From Octopus sinensis (taxonomy: Eukaryota): a DNA stretch of 64,000 bases. This document shows, one piece after another, positions 51,022 through 62,336 of this stretch (position 1 is the first letter of the stretch; each line of letters starts with the position of its first letter). A program made the position numbers and the translations under genes. The stretch lies in the NCBI RefSeq assembly GCF_006345805.1, contig NC_043003.1, positions 106,578,001 to 106,642,000 of the forward strand, written 5' to 3'. The notes below the pieces were generated by a model. The model was given only the letters and a program-made list of their open reading frames with translations, did not search any database and was not told where the DNA came from.

Positions 51022-51467
51022 AAGGTTGTTGTAAATCTAAATGGCAGCAACTGGGCTGCAAATACGGAATTGGCTAAAACAATGTAATGAGGTTAGGAGT
51101 TAACTGACCCATTACAAATTGAGCTCTTAATTACCATGGATTTATTCTTTCATGTTTCTACATTAATTCTCCATGTGGAACAAGTCAGTTTTAATAGTAA
51201 CAAATGTCTGCAATATCCCTATAAATTATAAACCAACATAAAATAGCCCCTCCTGATTTCTCTCTCTCTCTTCTTTTTTTTAAATTACTCGAACAAGTAA
51301 TTAATTTGCTGATTGGTAAGAATTTATTCTTAAATTAACATCTAAATTGACTATAATTTCAACATAAACTGCTAGTTATACATAATTCACCATCTTTTCG
51401 TATTTGATAATTTTATTGGGTAAAACTTACATTAAAAAAAAAAAAAGACTTATGAATTGTAATGTAT

Positions 51468-51885
51468 AGGTAGGTGTGGCTGTGTGGTAAGAAGTTTGCG
51501 TCCTGACCTAATGGTTCTGGTTAAGTCACAATGTGTGGCATCTTGGGCAAGTATCTTCTACTATAACCTTGGACCGACCAAAGCCTTGTGAATCAATTTG
51601 GTAGACAAAAATTGAAAGAAGCTTACTGTGTGTGTGTGTGTGTGTACGTGTATACGCACATTTGTGCTTGCCCCTCCCCCCTCCACCCCCACTCCCCGAC
51701 AAACAGTATTGGTGTGTTTATGTCTCAGTGACTTAGCAGTTTGGGAAAACAGAATGATAGAATAAGTATCATGCTTAAAGAAATAAAATTAGTCCTGGGG
51801 TCGATTCATTCCACTAAAAAATTCTTCAAGGCAGTGCCCCAGCATGGCCACAGTCTAATGACTGAAACAAGTAAAAGATGAAAGA
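51468..51885 (+). mobile_element. SINE-A (older)
   Basis: Family match. Confidence 0.82.
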
Positions 51886-52249
51886 AAATCCATATCTATA
51901 AACAAATGCCATCTGGTTCCAACAGTGGGGAAAATTCAAAGAGTAACTTCAATCAGTTGGTGTTACTGCCCTCTCAGATTTATAAACGCCTTTTTTATAA
52001 ATTACATAATTTGTTTTGTTTTCCCTCACTTAGCCTTTGTTCCTCCTTATCCCCTTATTTTCCTTTCCCAGTATACCTATCATTTATCAATTGTTTCTAA
52101 AAAATACCAGAATACAGAAACTGACAAAGCTTTATTTCCAACAATTCCTGTTACCCCAGTCTTTAAAAGGGTCAAACTAAACTATAAAGTAACACAATGG
52201 AAGGGAATTATGTTTGGAGAACAAAATAGTTCTGTTAAAATGATCTACA

Positions 52250-53010
52250 AACTTACCACATGTACCATTCTAACAACCATTGGCATCAACACAGCTTTTG
52301 ACCATTCCCCAATATCTGCTCATACCAAAAAATATCAAATGGTCCCTTTAAAAAACCACAAAATTTTAGCTATCAAGCTCCAAGCCTATATAGAGTATCA
52401 CAGAGATCTATCCACCCAGACACTCTTTTTCTAATCATACTTATACAACCTTCCTACATCTTCACAAAACAGAGACAGCCTCCTATGCAGAGACTCGTCA
52501 TTCCCCAGGCACAACTAAGTCAACCCTACCAAAATCTTAGAGAAACCTGGTGCCACAACAAACTGAAAGTAGCATCTACCAAATCTATTGTCTTCCTTCT
52601 CACCAGCAACACAAGAGAACATCAGATACACTCAACTACCACATTCAGTAAACATACCATACATACACAACAACGAAAATATTAGGCGGTGAGCTGGCAG
52701 AAACGTTAGCACGCCGGGCGAAATGCGTAATCGTATTTCATCTGTCGTTACGTTCCAAGTTCAAATTCCACCGAGGTCGACTTTGCCTTTCATCCTCTCA
52801 GGGTCGATAAATTAAGTACCAGTTACGCACTGGGGTCAATATAATCGTCTTAATCCCTTTGTCTGTCCTTGTTTGTCCCCTCTGTGTTTAGCCCCTTGTG
52901 GGTAGTAAAGAAATAAATATTAGCGGTTACAATTCCTTCACAACACAGAAAACATGGTGAGATGATACCCAAACAGAACAATCCCAGGTACCACATTTGA
53001 CCATCAAAAA
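52250..53010 (+). mobile_element. Highly decayed non-LTR RT remnant (I/Jockey-group-like), split by SINE-B
   Basis: TILTTIGINTAFDHSP (xDxxKAFD-like), LSTQTLFF, NKLKVASTKS...TREH, TIPGTTFD (LGxxxD-like) in the expected order. Confidence 0.45.
52685..52915 (+). mobile_element. SINE-B
   Basis: Full copy; aaatattag duplicated on both flanks. Confidence 0.9.
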
Positions 53011-53021
53011 GAAACAAACAA

Positions 53022-53232
53022 TTACTCTTTTACTTGTTTCAGTCATTTGACTGCGGCCATGCTGGAGCACCGCCTTTAGTCAAGCAAATCGACCTCGGGA
53101 CTTATTCTTTGTAAGCCTAGTACTTATTCTATCGGTCTCTTTTGCCGAACCGCTAAGTGACGAGGACGTAAACACACCAGCATCGGTTGTCAAGCAATGC
53201 TAGGGGGACAAACAGACACACAAACACACACA

Positions 53233-53300
<68 letters not shown>

Positions 53301-53460
53301 TACGACAGGCTTCTTTCAGTTTCTGTCTACCAAATCCACTCACAAGGCATTGGTCGGCTCGGGGCTATAGCAGAAGACACTTGCCCAAGATGCCACGCAG
53401 TGTGACTGAACCCGGAACCATGTGGTTGGTTAGCAAGCTACTTACCACACAGCCACTCCT
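53022..53460 (-). mobile_element. SINE-A
   Basis: Full-length family match. Confidence 0.9.
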
Positions 53461-53834
53461 TAGATTTCCCATAGAATACACCAACACCAGCTGGACAGTA
53501 ATGTGTCAGAGAGCACAGCAAGTTCACCAGTTCAAGAGAGACAATGGTTATTATAAGGGAAATGGATCCGGGGGGGAGGGGTGACACTTTGTTGTTTAGC
53601 TGATGACCTGCAGATCATATGTCTGGTCAATAAGGGTAGACTTGGGCACTGTACAACATGGTTATTGGGTATAACACAGTGGTCCTCAACCACGGTTCTT
53701 AGGAATCCATTTATGATTTTGTTGTTAAAATTTATCTGCAATAAAATGGTTACACTCTACATTTTTTTTTTTTTCCTGTACTTGTTTCAGTCATTTACTG
53801 CGGCATGCTGGAGCACCGCCTTTTTAGATGTGTG

Positions 53835-53988
53835 AAGAGTACAGCAGGGATCACCCCTCCTGCGGAGCCTCGTGGAGCTTTTAGGTGTTTTCGCTCAATA
53901 AACACACACACGCCCGGTCTGGGAATCGAAACCGCGATCCTCCGACCGCAAGTCCGCTGCCCTAACCACTAGGCCATTGCGCCTCCAT
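53835..53988 (-). mobile_element. SINE-C 5' half
   Basis: Matches 20915-21071. Confidence 0.85.
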
Positions 53989-54128
53989 ATGCAAAATATT
54001 TTAATCTTTTAATACAATTCCTAATAATATCTTTTTTTTTTATTTGTAGTTTCAGTTCGGAGCTGTGGCTATGCTGGAGCACCATCGTTTTGCTATGCTG
54101 TTATTACTGGGAGCCTCCTCTAATATAT

Positions 54129-54615
54129 TTACAAAACAAAAAAATGGTGAAGAATGGAGTTCGATGTAGCTACCCTCATTTGCACCTCTTGCTGTGAGGT
54201 AGGTTCCTCTGGGACTCTTGACAGGAAGAGGTTCAGCCTTGATTTTAAAATGCCTACATCTATTTTGTGTAGGCTCCTCTGGCTCTTTGGGAAAATATTA
54301 AAAAGCTGTGGGCCCTTGAAACCCAGGCTGTTGCAGTCACTAGTCCTGAAGTGCGATAGCATTGCCGGGGTCTTTGACACTGTGCAGTGTCAACCTGTTC
54401 TGGCATTGGTGTAGCTTTCAATGCCAAAATTTTGCACAATTCCTTCCAGGATCTTCCAGATGTATATTACTGCATACCTCTCCCGCCTTTACTCCAGGGA
54501 GTAGAGTCTTAGCCATTGCAGCCTTTCCCAGTAGCTGAGCCATTGCAAAGAGATGATCTTTTTTGTGAAGCTTTGCTGGATTGCTTCAAGGTCTCCTACA
54601 CTGTTGGGTGACCAT
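54129..54615 (-). mobile_element. CR1-clade LINE ORF2 3' end
   Basis: WSPNSVGDLEAIQQSFTKKI...LSYWERLQWLRLYSLE*RRERY..IYIWKILEG...GPQLFNIFP. Confidence 0.85.
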
Positions 54616-55342
54616 ATCTAATTATAAAATTGGAATTTTTTAAACATGGAATGGTTATGAGGGTCCAGTTGAGTAACATAGGAACCAAAGGGATTCCATC
54701 GGCAAATAATGGTTAAGAACCACTGATACAACAGAACAATGACTTTCTTGAATTGATCAGATAAAACTTTTGCATCTCACTAACCATAAAAACTCAAAAC
54801 ATCTCTCAATATCTGATTTAAAGACAACCAACTAATTAACGTTTAGCAAGCTCATAATTAAAACAGTAATTTAGAAACTATTAAAACATGAAAAACTTTG
54901 TGCAAATAAGACAAAAGAGACTATGATGATTGATTTCTTTGAACTTTCTTTAAAATGTTGGAAGAAATGCATCAGAAATAACCTGAACTTAACAAGATTT
55001 TTCCATCTCATTGCTTGATGGTGTAATTAATTTTCATGCCATATAACAACTAGCCGTAACTAAATGTTAATTATTTTCAGCATTGCTTATTAGTAAAATG
55101 TAACTTAATCATTACGTATTTTAATTTGTATATTTTAACTACAAAAGTACAATTAGTGGCTGCAATCAGAGGCTAATCACAACGGTAACAAGTTCAATGG
55201 ATCAGTTATGACAGGTTCCAGTCCTACTCTTATAAGTGAGGTTCCACAGCTAGAGGGGTAGTGGTGGTGATGGACAAAACAATGATAGGGTTCCAGTCTA
55301 AACAACTTGAAAACAAAGCAAGACAAAAATAATTATGAAGTC

Positions 55343-55638
55343 GGATTTTTTCGGTTTGAATGGCAGTTTTTAACATAATTTGTAGGTAACTAAAAAATTT
55401 TAAACTTCGTATACTGGTAGAATGTGTTTATAAAACATCTTTTTCTCTTGGCTTTATTGAGAAAATTCTATCGTTTGTAAGATATTTGTGAAGAAAAAAA
55501 GATACCCTTCCCCCCACCCCTAACCTCTAACCCTAAAACAGATTGAAATGCAATAGATCAATACTAGGGTCATAATTATGGGTGACTATTTTCATATGAC
55601 ACCGCTAGAAAAAACTGCCGTTCAAACCGAAAAGATCC
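55343..55638. mobile_element. MITE with ~29-bp TIRs and 8-bp TSD (Merlin-like termini)
   Basis: atgaagtc|ggattttttcggtttgaatggcagttttt ... aaaaactgccgttcaaaccgaaaagatcc|atgaagtc. Confidence 0.85.
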
Positions 55639-55676
55639 ATGAAGTCTACTTTGCAACCACAACATTCCAGGTTCAA

Positions 55677-55903
55677 TACCTATTTCTTTACTACCCACAA
55701 GGGGCTGAACACAGAGAGGACAAACAAGGACAGACAAACGGATTAAGTCGATTACATCGACCCCCAGTGCGTAACTGGTACTTAATTTATCGACCCCGAA
55801 AGGATGAAAGGCAAAGTCGACCTCAGTGGAATTTGAACTCAGGACGTAGCGGCAGACGAAATACCGCCAAGCATTTCGCCCGGCACGCCAACGTTTCTGC
55901 CAG
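55677..55903 (-). mobile_element. SINE-B
   Basis: Family match; caatacc duplicated on both flanks. Confidence 0.9.
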
Positions 55904-56977
55904 CAATACCACCGAGTGGCAACTTGGCGAAATCCAATCATTATGAATGAAAAACCCAGTTTTGTATCAGATGGATAACTTATTCTTTTGTTTTATATTT
56001 ACCAAACGGTTAAGCAGTGGACTAAAATAAAGGGGACCTGTTCAGGGTATACATCAGTATGGCTACAACCAATAACTGAAACCAGTAAAAGAATGCCAGT
56101 CTGATAATACAAAGGCTTTGTTTTGTTGGTTTTTTTTGTTGTTTTTTTGTTTGTTTTTTGTTTTTTTCAAAAGGTTCCTGCCTTTTGTCAAGACAAGGTC
56201 ACATGTCCAAAAATGAATTTTTCACAAGTGATAAATTAAGTAGGCAAAAGAAAGCTTATATAAACTTGTGTGTTGTTTACAAGATTAATTAGGTTCTGAA
56301 GAGGCTAACGATTAAAAGACACTCATGATGTTCACAACAAGAGAAACACACAAAAAAAAAAAAAAGAGAAAAAGGAAGGACAAAAAAAATAATAAAAAAA
56401 AGGTAGGGAAACAAAAGTTGTGAGGTAATAACAATGATGACACAACAGGCAGCTGCTGCTTCTAAGTGGGTTAGAAACATGAAACAGATTGTCTTTTTAA
56501 GCAGATTCACTACACACAATAGCTAAAAACAAGCAGATTAGCTGAGGAATGTGGTGGCGGTGGTGGAGAGGGTCGTACCCCACATTTTCTGCCCCCTCTT
56601 CCCCCTCTCTCTCTCCCTCTCTCTCTGTCTCACTTGTAAATATGCTATTTTCAAAAGAAATAAAACAAGTATATTTTTCAATGAAATAAAAAGAAAAAGA
56701 AGAAAGAGCAAAGAACAGCCAGGGGGGAGGAAGAGGAGAGAAGCTGCATTTTGGATTTAAGTGAATGACGATAATATATCAATGTTTTTTTTTGTTTTTT
56801 TTTTTTAAATGAAGAACAACAATGGAAAGAGGAAATAAAAACTCTGGTGTTTTATTCCTGTTTGTCTGAGAGAGAGAAATGTTTAAATGGACAATGGCAT
56901 CGCAGCACAGCATCAGCTACCATCATCACCAAACACCACCACCACCAGTGCTACTACTACCATTCACTCACAACAAC

Positions 56978-57067
<90 letters not shown>

Positions 57068-57118
57068 ATATATACATATGTATGTATATATATACATATG
57101 TATGTATATATATATACA

Positions 57119-57183
<65 letters not shown>

Positions 57184-57218
57184 ATATATACATATGTATG
57201 TATATATATATATATACA

Positions 57219-57258
<40 letters not shown>

Positions 57259-57262
57259 CACA

Positions 57263-57310
<48 letters not shown>

Positions 57311-57323
57311 TCTCTCTCTCTCT

Positions 57324-57355
<32 letters not shown>

Positions 57356-57377
57356 ACACACACATGCATATATATAT
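56978..57377. repeat. Higher-order compound microsatellite [(CT)n(AT)n(ATGT)] ending in (CA)n
   Basis: Direct read. Confidence 0.92.
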
Positions 57378-58061
57378 CGTGCGAGTGTTCTATTTTACAC
57401 GTTACATTCTTTTCCATTCTCAATCTCTTGTTCTTCATTTCTCCCCCTCTTTCGGAGGTCTTACAAATTCAGCAAACTGGGTTTTGGGGTTTTTTTTTTT
57501 CTTCTCTTTTTTTTTTTTAATCTTAACCTTTCTCTAACCCTATTTCATTCCATGCATGTACGTCTGTATATCAGCATGCACACACACTTACAAGCCTTTC
57601 TACATGTGCGTGTGTGTGTGTACGTGCATGCATGCGTGAGTTTGTGTGTGAATCATACTGGGCCTACATTCCCAGATGCGCATGTCTACAGCTTCCCATG
57701 TATGTATCTCTCTGTCTGTCTGTCCATCTCTGTGTGTCTGCCCACTCTCTCTCTCTCCCCCATCAACATTCATACACTACATCTGTGGCACTCCAGTACT
57801 ATCATTGATACTTTTCCCAAACTACACATTCTCCATACATAACACTATCTGTCACCATCTCTATTCGCTGACAATTCCTGCTTTCAAGTTTATCCTGAAA
57901 GAAGTAAAGTCGGGTGGAGTATCATCTTTCTCCAGCTTCCATTGAGATAAACACTGAATTTATCTACATGCTTAAAAATTCTTTCTCTCTCTGTCACCCA
58001 GTCTGAGAGTATGACATGAACAAAACCGGTTTAATTAAACTCATTACATATATATATATAT

Positions 58062-58437
58062 AGGGGCAGTAGTGGCTGTGTGGTAAGTAGCTTGCTTACC
58101 AACAACATGGTTCCGGGTTCAGTCCCACTGCATGGCACTTTGGACAAGTGTCTTCTACTAAAGCCTTGGGCTGACCAAAGCTTTGTGAGTGGGTTTGGTA
58201 GATGGAAACTGAAAGAAGCCCATCATAGATATGTGTGTGTGTTTGTCCCCCCAACATCACTTGACAATCGATGATGGTGTGTTTACGTCCCTGTAACTTA
58301 GCGGTTCGACAAAAAGAACCGAAAGAATAAGTACAAGGCTTACAAAGAATAAGTCCTGGCAGTCGATTTGCTCGACTAAAGGCGGAGCTCCAGCATGACT
58401 GCAGTCAAAATGACTGAAACAAGTAAAAGAATGAAAG
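58062..58437 (+). mobile_element. SINE-A
   Basis: Family match. Confidence 0.88.
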
Positions 58438-58583
58438 AATAGTGGACAAGAACCAAACCCAGCCAAAGCGCATTCTTGCCCCACCCCCCACAAATCCTCT
58501 CCCCCAAAGAAAGGACAAAACCAAAAAGACAATAGAACTCTGTAGAATCAGTGTTGACTTGCATCTTGCTCATTTCTGTTATA

Positions 58584-58972
58584 CAGGTGCAGATGTGGCA
58601 GTGTGGTAAGAAGGTTGCTTCCCAACTATATGGTTCCGGGTTCAGTCCCACTGCATGGCACTGTGGTCAGCGTGAGGCTTTAGTAGAAGACATTTGCCCA
58701 AAGCCTTGTGAATGGATTTGGTAGACGGAAACTGAAAGAAGCCTGTTGTATGTGTGCATGCATGAGAGAGAGAGAGTGTGTGTGTGTTCCACACCACTGC
58801 ATGACAACGGGTGTGGGTGTGTTTATGTACAGCAAAAGAGACTGACAGAATAATTATCAAATTTACAAAAAAAAAAAAAAAAAAAAATCACTGGGAGTCA
58901 ATACATCTGACTAAAAATTCTTGAAGGTGGTGCCCCAGCATGGTCACAGTCTCAGACTGAAACAAGTAAAAG
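58584..58972 (+). mobile_element. SINE-A with short internal inversion
   Basis: 58662-58700 (tggtcagcgtgaggctttagtagaagacatttgcccaa) is the reverse complement of the expected ttgggcaagtgtcttctactatagcc...gacca. Confidence 0.8.
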
Positions 58973-59266
58973 ATAGACGCTGAGCGGATGTAAGTTGTAG
59001 GAATATAGAGAGAAAAGGAAAGAGAGAAAGCAGCAATAATGAAAGTGTAAAATCGTTATGTCTTGCTATAACTTTTAATTGATTTACTCGCATTAATTTC
59101 TCAAACACAAAAAAAATCCACACTCTTTGTCGAGAGAGGCTGATCTCATGTGTGTCCTGTATGTATGATGGCAAAAGAATTATTGGGCCCCAACAGGCAG
59201 TAATAACTGCTGCATCATTCAATGCTTCATAAGGTTGGCAGCGAGATGGCAGAAACATTAAAACAC

Positions 59267-59676
59267 AGGCGCAGGAGTGGCTGTGTGGTAAGTAGCTTGC
59301 TAACCAACCACATGGTTCCGGGTTCAGTCCCACTGCCTGGCATCTTGGGCAAGTGTCTTCTGCTATAGCCCCGAGCCGACCAATGCCTTGTGAGTGGATT
59401 TGGTAGACGGAAAATGAAAGAAGCCAGTCATATATATGTATATATATATATATGTATGTGTGTGTATATGTTTGTGTGTCTGTGTTTGTCCCCCCCAACA
59501 TCGCTTGACAACCGATGCTGGTGTGTTTACGTCCCCGTCACTTAGCGGTTCGGCAAAAAGAGACCGATAGAATAAGTACTGGGCTTACAAAAAGAATAAG
59601 TCCCGCGGTCGAGTTGCTCAACTAAAGGCAGTGCTCCAGCATGGCCGCAGTCAAATGACTGAAACAAGTAAAAGAG
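59267..59676 (+). mobile_element. SINE-A (young), inserted in a SINE-B-like copy (59232-59265 / 59678-59845)
   Basis: Family match; flanks read ggcagcgagatggcagaaacatta...|gaaatgcttagcagcatttc. Confidence 0.88.
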
Positions 59677-60093
59677 AGAAGAAATGCTTAGCAGCATTTC
59701 TTCTGTCTTAACGTTCTGAGTTCAAATTTCGCCAAAGTCAACTTTGGGGGATCAATAAATTAAGTGCCAATTGCATTCTGGGGTTGATCTAACTGACTAT
59801 CACCCTCCACCAAAATTTTGGGTCTTGTGCCCAGAGCAGAAAAGACGACCTCACAAGGTCACTTCCTGGGGTACAACACAATTTGAGAAGGGCAGACGCT
59901 TGAGGACTGAAATGAGGATGCCAAAAGCTTCAAGAGTGACAGAAACAGAGACGTCTCTTAATGACTGGTACTTAATCTTCTTTCACTCCTTTCCATACTT
60001 TTTGTATGCATTAAAGCAGTCTTATTCTTTTACCATTTACTTATTTACATTATTTACATTTGACGGATATTTGTCCTCATCTTGTTTGTTGTT

Positions 60094-60139
60094 AACACAA
60101 CATTTCGGCAGATGTATCCTCCAGCCTTCATCAGGTGTC
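60094..60139 (-). ncRNA. Minimal type I hammerhead ribozyme
   Basis: gacac CTGATGA a ggctg gaggatacat ctgcc GAAA tgtt gtgtt; sister copy has cagctGAAACGTTgtgtt. Confidence 0.75.
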
Positions 60140-60206
60140 TTGGGGAAATTTCGAATCTAGCTTCTCATTACTAAGGTATTTTTCAATGTTATCATTATTA
60201 TTATTC

Positions 60207-60280
60207 AGGTCACTAACTGGAATCAAACTCAGAATCTTGGGGTTAGTAGCCCACGCTCTTAACCACTACGTCATATGCCC
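60207..60280 (-). promoter_or_regulatory. tRNA-derived Pol III head (A/B boxes), not a functional tRNA
   Basis: gggcataTGACGTAGTGGttaagagcgtgggctactaaccccaagattctGAGTTTGATTCCagttagtgacct; acceptor stem poorly paired. Confidence 0.7.
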
Positions 60281-60332
60281 GTGGGCATAATGTACATAAT
60301 TCTTCGTCTCTTAAATATAGAACTGTATTACC

Positions 60333-60686
60333 TTTTACTTGTTTCAACCTTTAGACTGTAGCCATGCTGGAGCACCACCTTTAAGAACAAATCAACCCTG
60401 GTACTTAATTATTTTTAAACCTGGTATTTATTTTATCGGTCTCTTCTGCCAAAATACTAAACTACAGGCACATAAACACACCAACACCAATTGTCAAGCA
60501 ATGGAGTGGGACAAACACACACACACACACAATGTGCTTCTTTCAGTTTCCATCTACCAAATCCACTCACAAGGCTTTGGTTGGCTCGAGGCCATAGAAG
60601 ACATTTGCTTAAGGTGCCATGCAGTGGGACTGAACCCAGAACCATGTTGTTGGGAAGCAAATTTCTCACCACACAGCTACACCTGC
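60333..60686 (-). mobile_element. SINE-A (older)
   Basis: Family match; its tail is the target of the family F insertion. Confidence 0.82.
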
Positions 60687-61118
60687 ATTTATGTCTGTTG
60701 CTTCCCCCCCCCCTGCCACCAAAAGACCTTTGCAATGCATCTCACTTTATAACATGAAATCCTCTAATACAAAATTAATTTCCATGTTACAGCAAGATTT
60801 GTTAGGAACATGCTATTTCTGTAATGCAAGGGGTTCCTGTACTTGCCCTAGGTTCACCGTTCAGCTGATATTCTGTAGTGAAATGGACAGGATACTAACT
60901 CTACATCACTTTCAGATGATGTGGTTGTCAAGTGCAGATACATACAGAATGTTAATTAAAATATACTAATAATATGTATGGCATGAAACAGAAATTGATT
61001 TCTGCTAATTGATGTCATGAAACCAATACCAATTCTTACAAGCCTCTTTGAGATTTTCTGAAACCTTTACAGTTTGCAAAATTCTAAGAACCAACTACAA
61101 ATAAACATTACTCTAACC

Positions 61119-61337
61119 CAGTGCTTTTCAAACTTTTTGCTGGAGCGGAACCCCAAGGAAACATTCCACTGGCTCGAGGAACCCCTGTGCAATAATTTAA
61201 TAGTCTTATGCACACATATCTGCACAGAAGAATTAAAAATCACTGCCGATTTTAGCAGTTTTGTAACTTCTTGCGGAACCCCTGGACTGTACTGGCGGAA
61301 CCCTAAGGTTCCGCGGAACCCTGGTTGAAAACCACTG
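61119..61337. mobile_element. hAT MITE with perfect 8-bp TSD
   Basis: ctctaacc|cagtgcttttcaa ... ttgaaaaccactg|ctctaacc; subterminal gcggaaccc repeats. Confidence 0.9.
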
Positions 61338-61564
61338 CTCTAACCTCACACTTACATTGATTTTACAAAGTGGCTGCTCTTTCTAGTGTATTCTATATAA
61401 ATATATACTTACAGAACCATTCAAGCCCACAGCAGCATGAAAAGAGAGCTTGAAAAGACAGCAGCAATAATTAATTGAATATAGTTAACGAGGCAGAACA
61501 CATTAACACTTTTTTTTTTGTTTTGTTTGGTTAGTGTACTAAGTGACTTGAACTTTAGAGGTAA

Positions 61565-61721
61565 TACAGTTCTATATTTGAGAGATGAGGAATTATATAC
61601 ATTATTTACATTTGACGGATATTTGTCCTCCTCTTGATGAAGGCTGGAGAGAACATCAGCTGAAACGTTGTGTTAACAACAAACAAGATAAGGACAAATA
61701 TCCGTCAAATGTAAATAATGT
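61565..61721 (+). mobile_element. Family F 5'-truncated copy with inverted tail
   Basis: tacattatttacatttgacggatatttgtcct / aggacaaatatccgtcaaatgtaaataatgta arms around tgatgaaggctg...cagctgaaacgttgtgtt; aactttagag duplicated on both flanks. Confidence 0.8.
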
Positions 61722-61778
61722 AACTTTAGAGATAGTATATAAAAATGTCAGATTTTTAATCATTAAACCTATATAAAT

Positions 61779-62190
61779 AGGCGCAGGAGTGGCTGTGGTA
61801 AGTAGCTTGCTTACCAATCACTTGGTTCCGAGTTCATTCCCACTTGTGGCACCTTGGGCAAGTGTCTTCTACTATAGCCTCGGGCCGACCAAAGCCTTGT
61901 GAGTGGATTTGGTAGACGGAAACTGAAAGAAGCCTGTCGTATATATGTATATATATATGTATGTGTGTGTATATGTTTGTGTGTCTGTCTTTGTCCCCCC
62001 CACCATTCCTTAGCAACCGATGGTGGTGTGTTTACGTCCCGTAACTTAGCGGTTCAGCAAAAGAGACTGATAGAATAAGTACTAGTCTTACAAAGAATAA
62101 GTCCTGGGGTCGATTTACTCAACTAGAAGGCGGTGCTCCATGATGGTTGCAGTCAAATGACTGAAACAAGTAAAAGAGTAAAGAGTAAAG
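61779..62190 (+). mobile_element. SINE-A
   Basis: Full-length family match. Confidence 0.9.
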
Positions 62191-62336
62191 AGAGTAAATA
62201 TATTATGCAACTGAGCTGATCAAACTGAGCAGATAACAGTTGGTCAAGATGTTGCTTGTCTACCAACATGTTAGAGTTTGGGGTTCAAGTCTTACAAGAC
62301 TTGAATTTACTTCTTGTTCTGGTGGATGGTGGTCAA

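Larger units (their letters stand above)
53677..54725 (+). mobile_element. hAT MITE containing nested SINE-A, SINE-C and CR1 fragments
   Basis: cagtggtcctcaacc / ggttaagaaccactg; flanks gtataaca/atacaaca; body pieces match the 19834 and 26502 copies. Confidence 0.72.
60043..60327 (-). mobile_element. tRNA-headed, hammerhead-containing short retroelement with PLE-type inverted tail (family F)
   Basis: Minus strand: inverted tail piece (60288-60327), tRNA-like head (60207-60280), linker, hammerhead (60094-60139), tail; TSD ttaccWtttactt (60030-60042 / 60328-60340). Confidence 0.75.

Noticed and set aside
56847-57842. 331-aa and overlapping YI-rich ORFs
   Set aside because: Translation of (AT)n/(CT)n microsatellites
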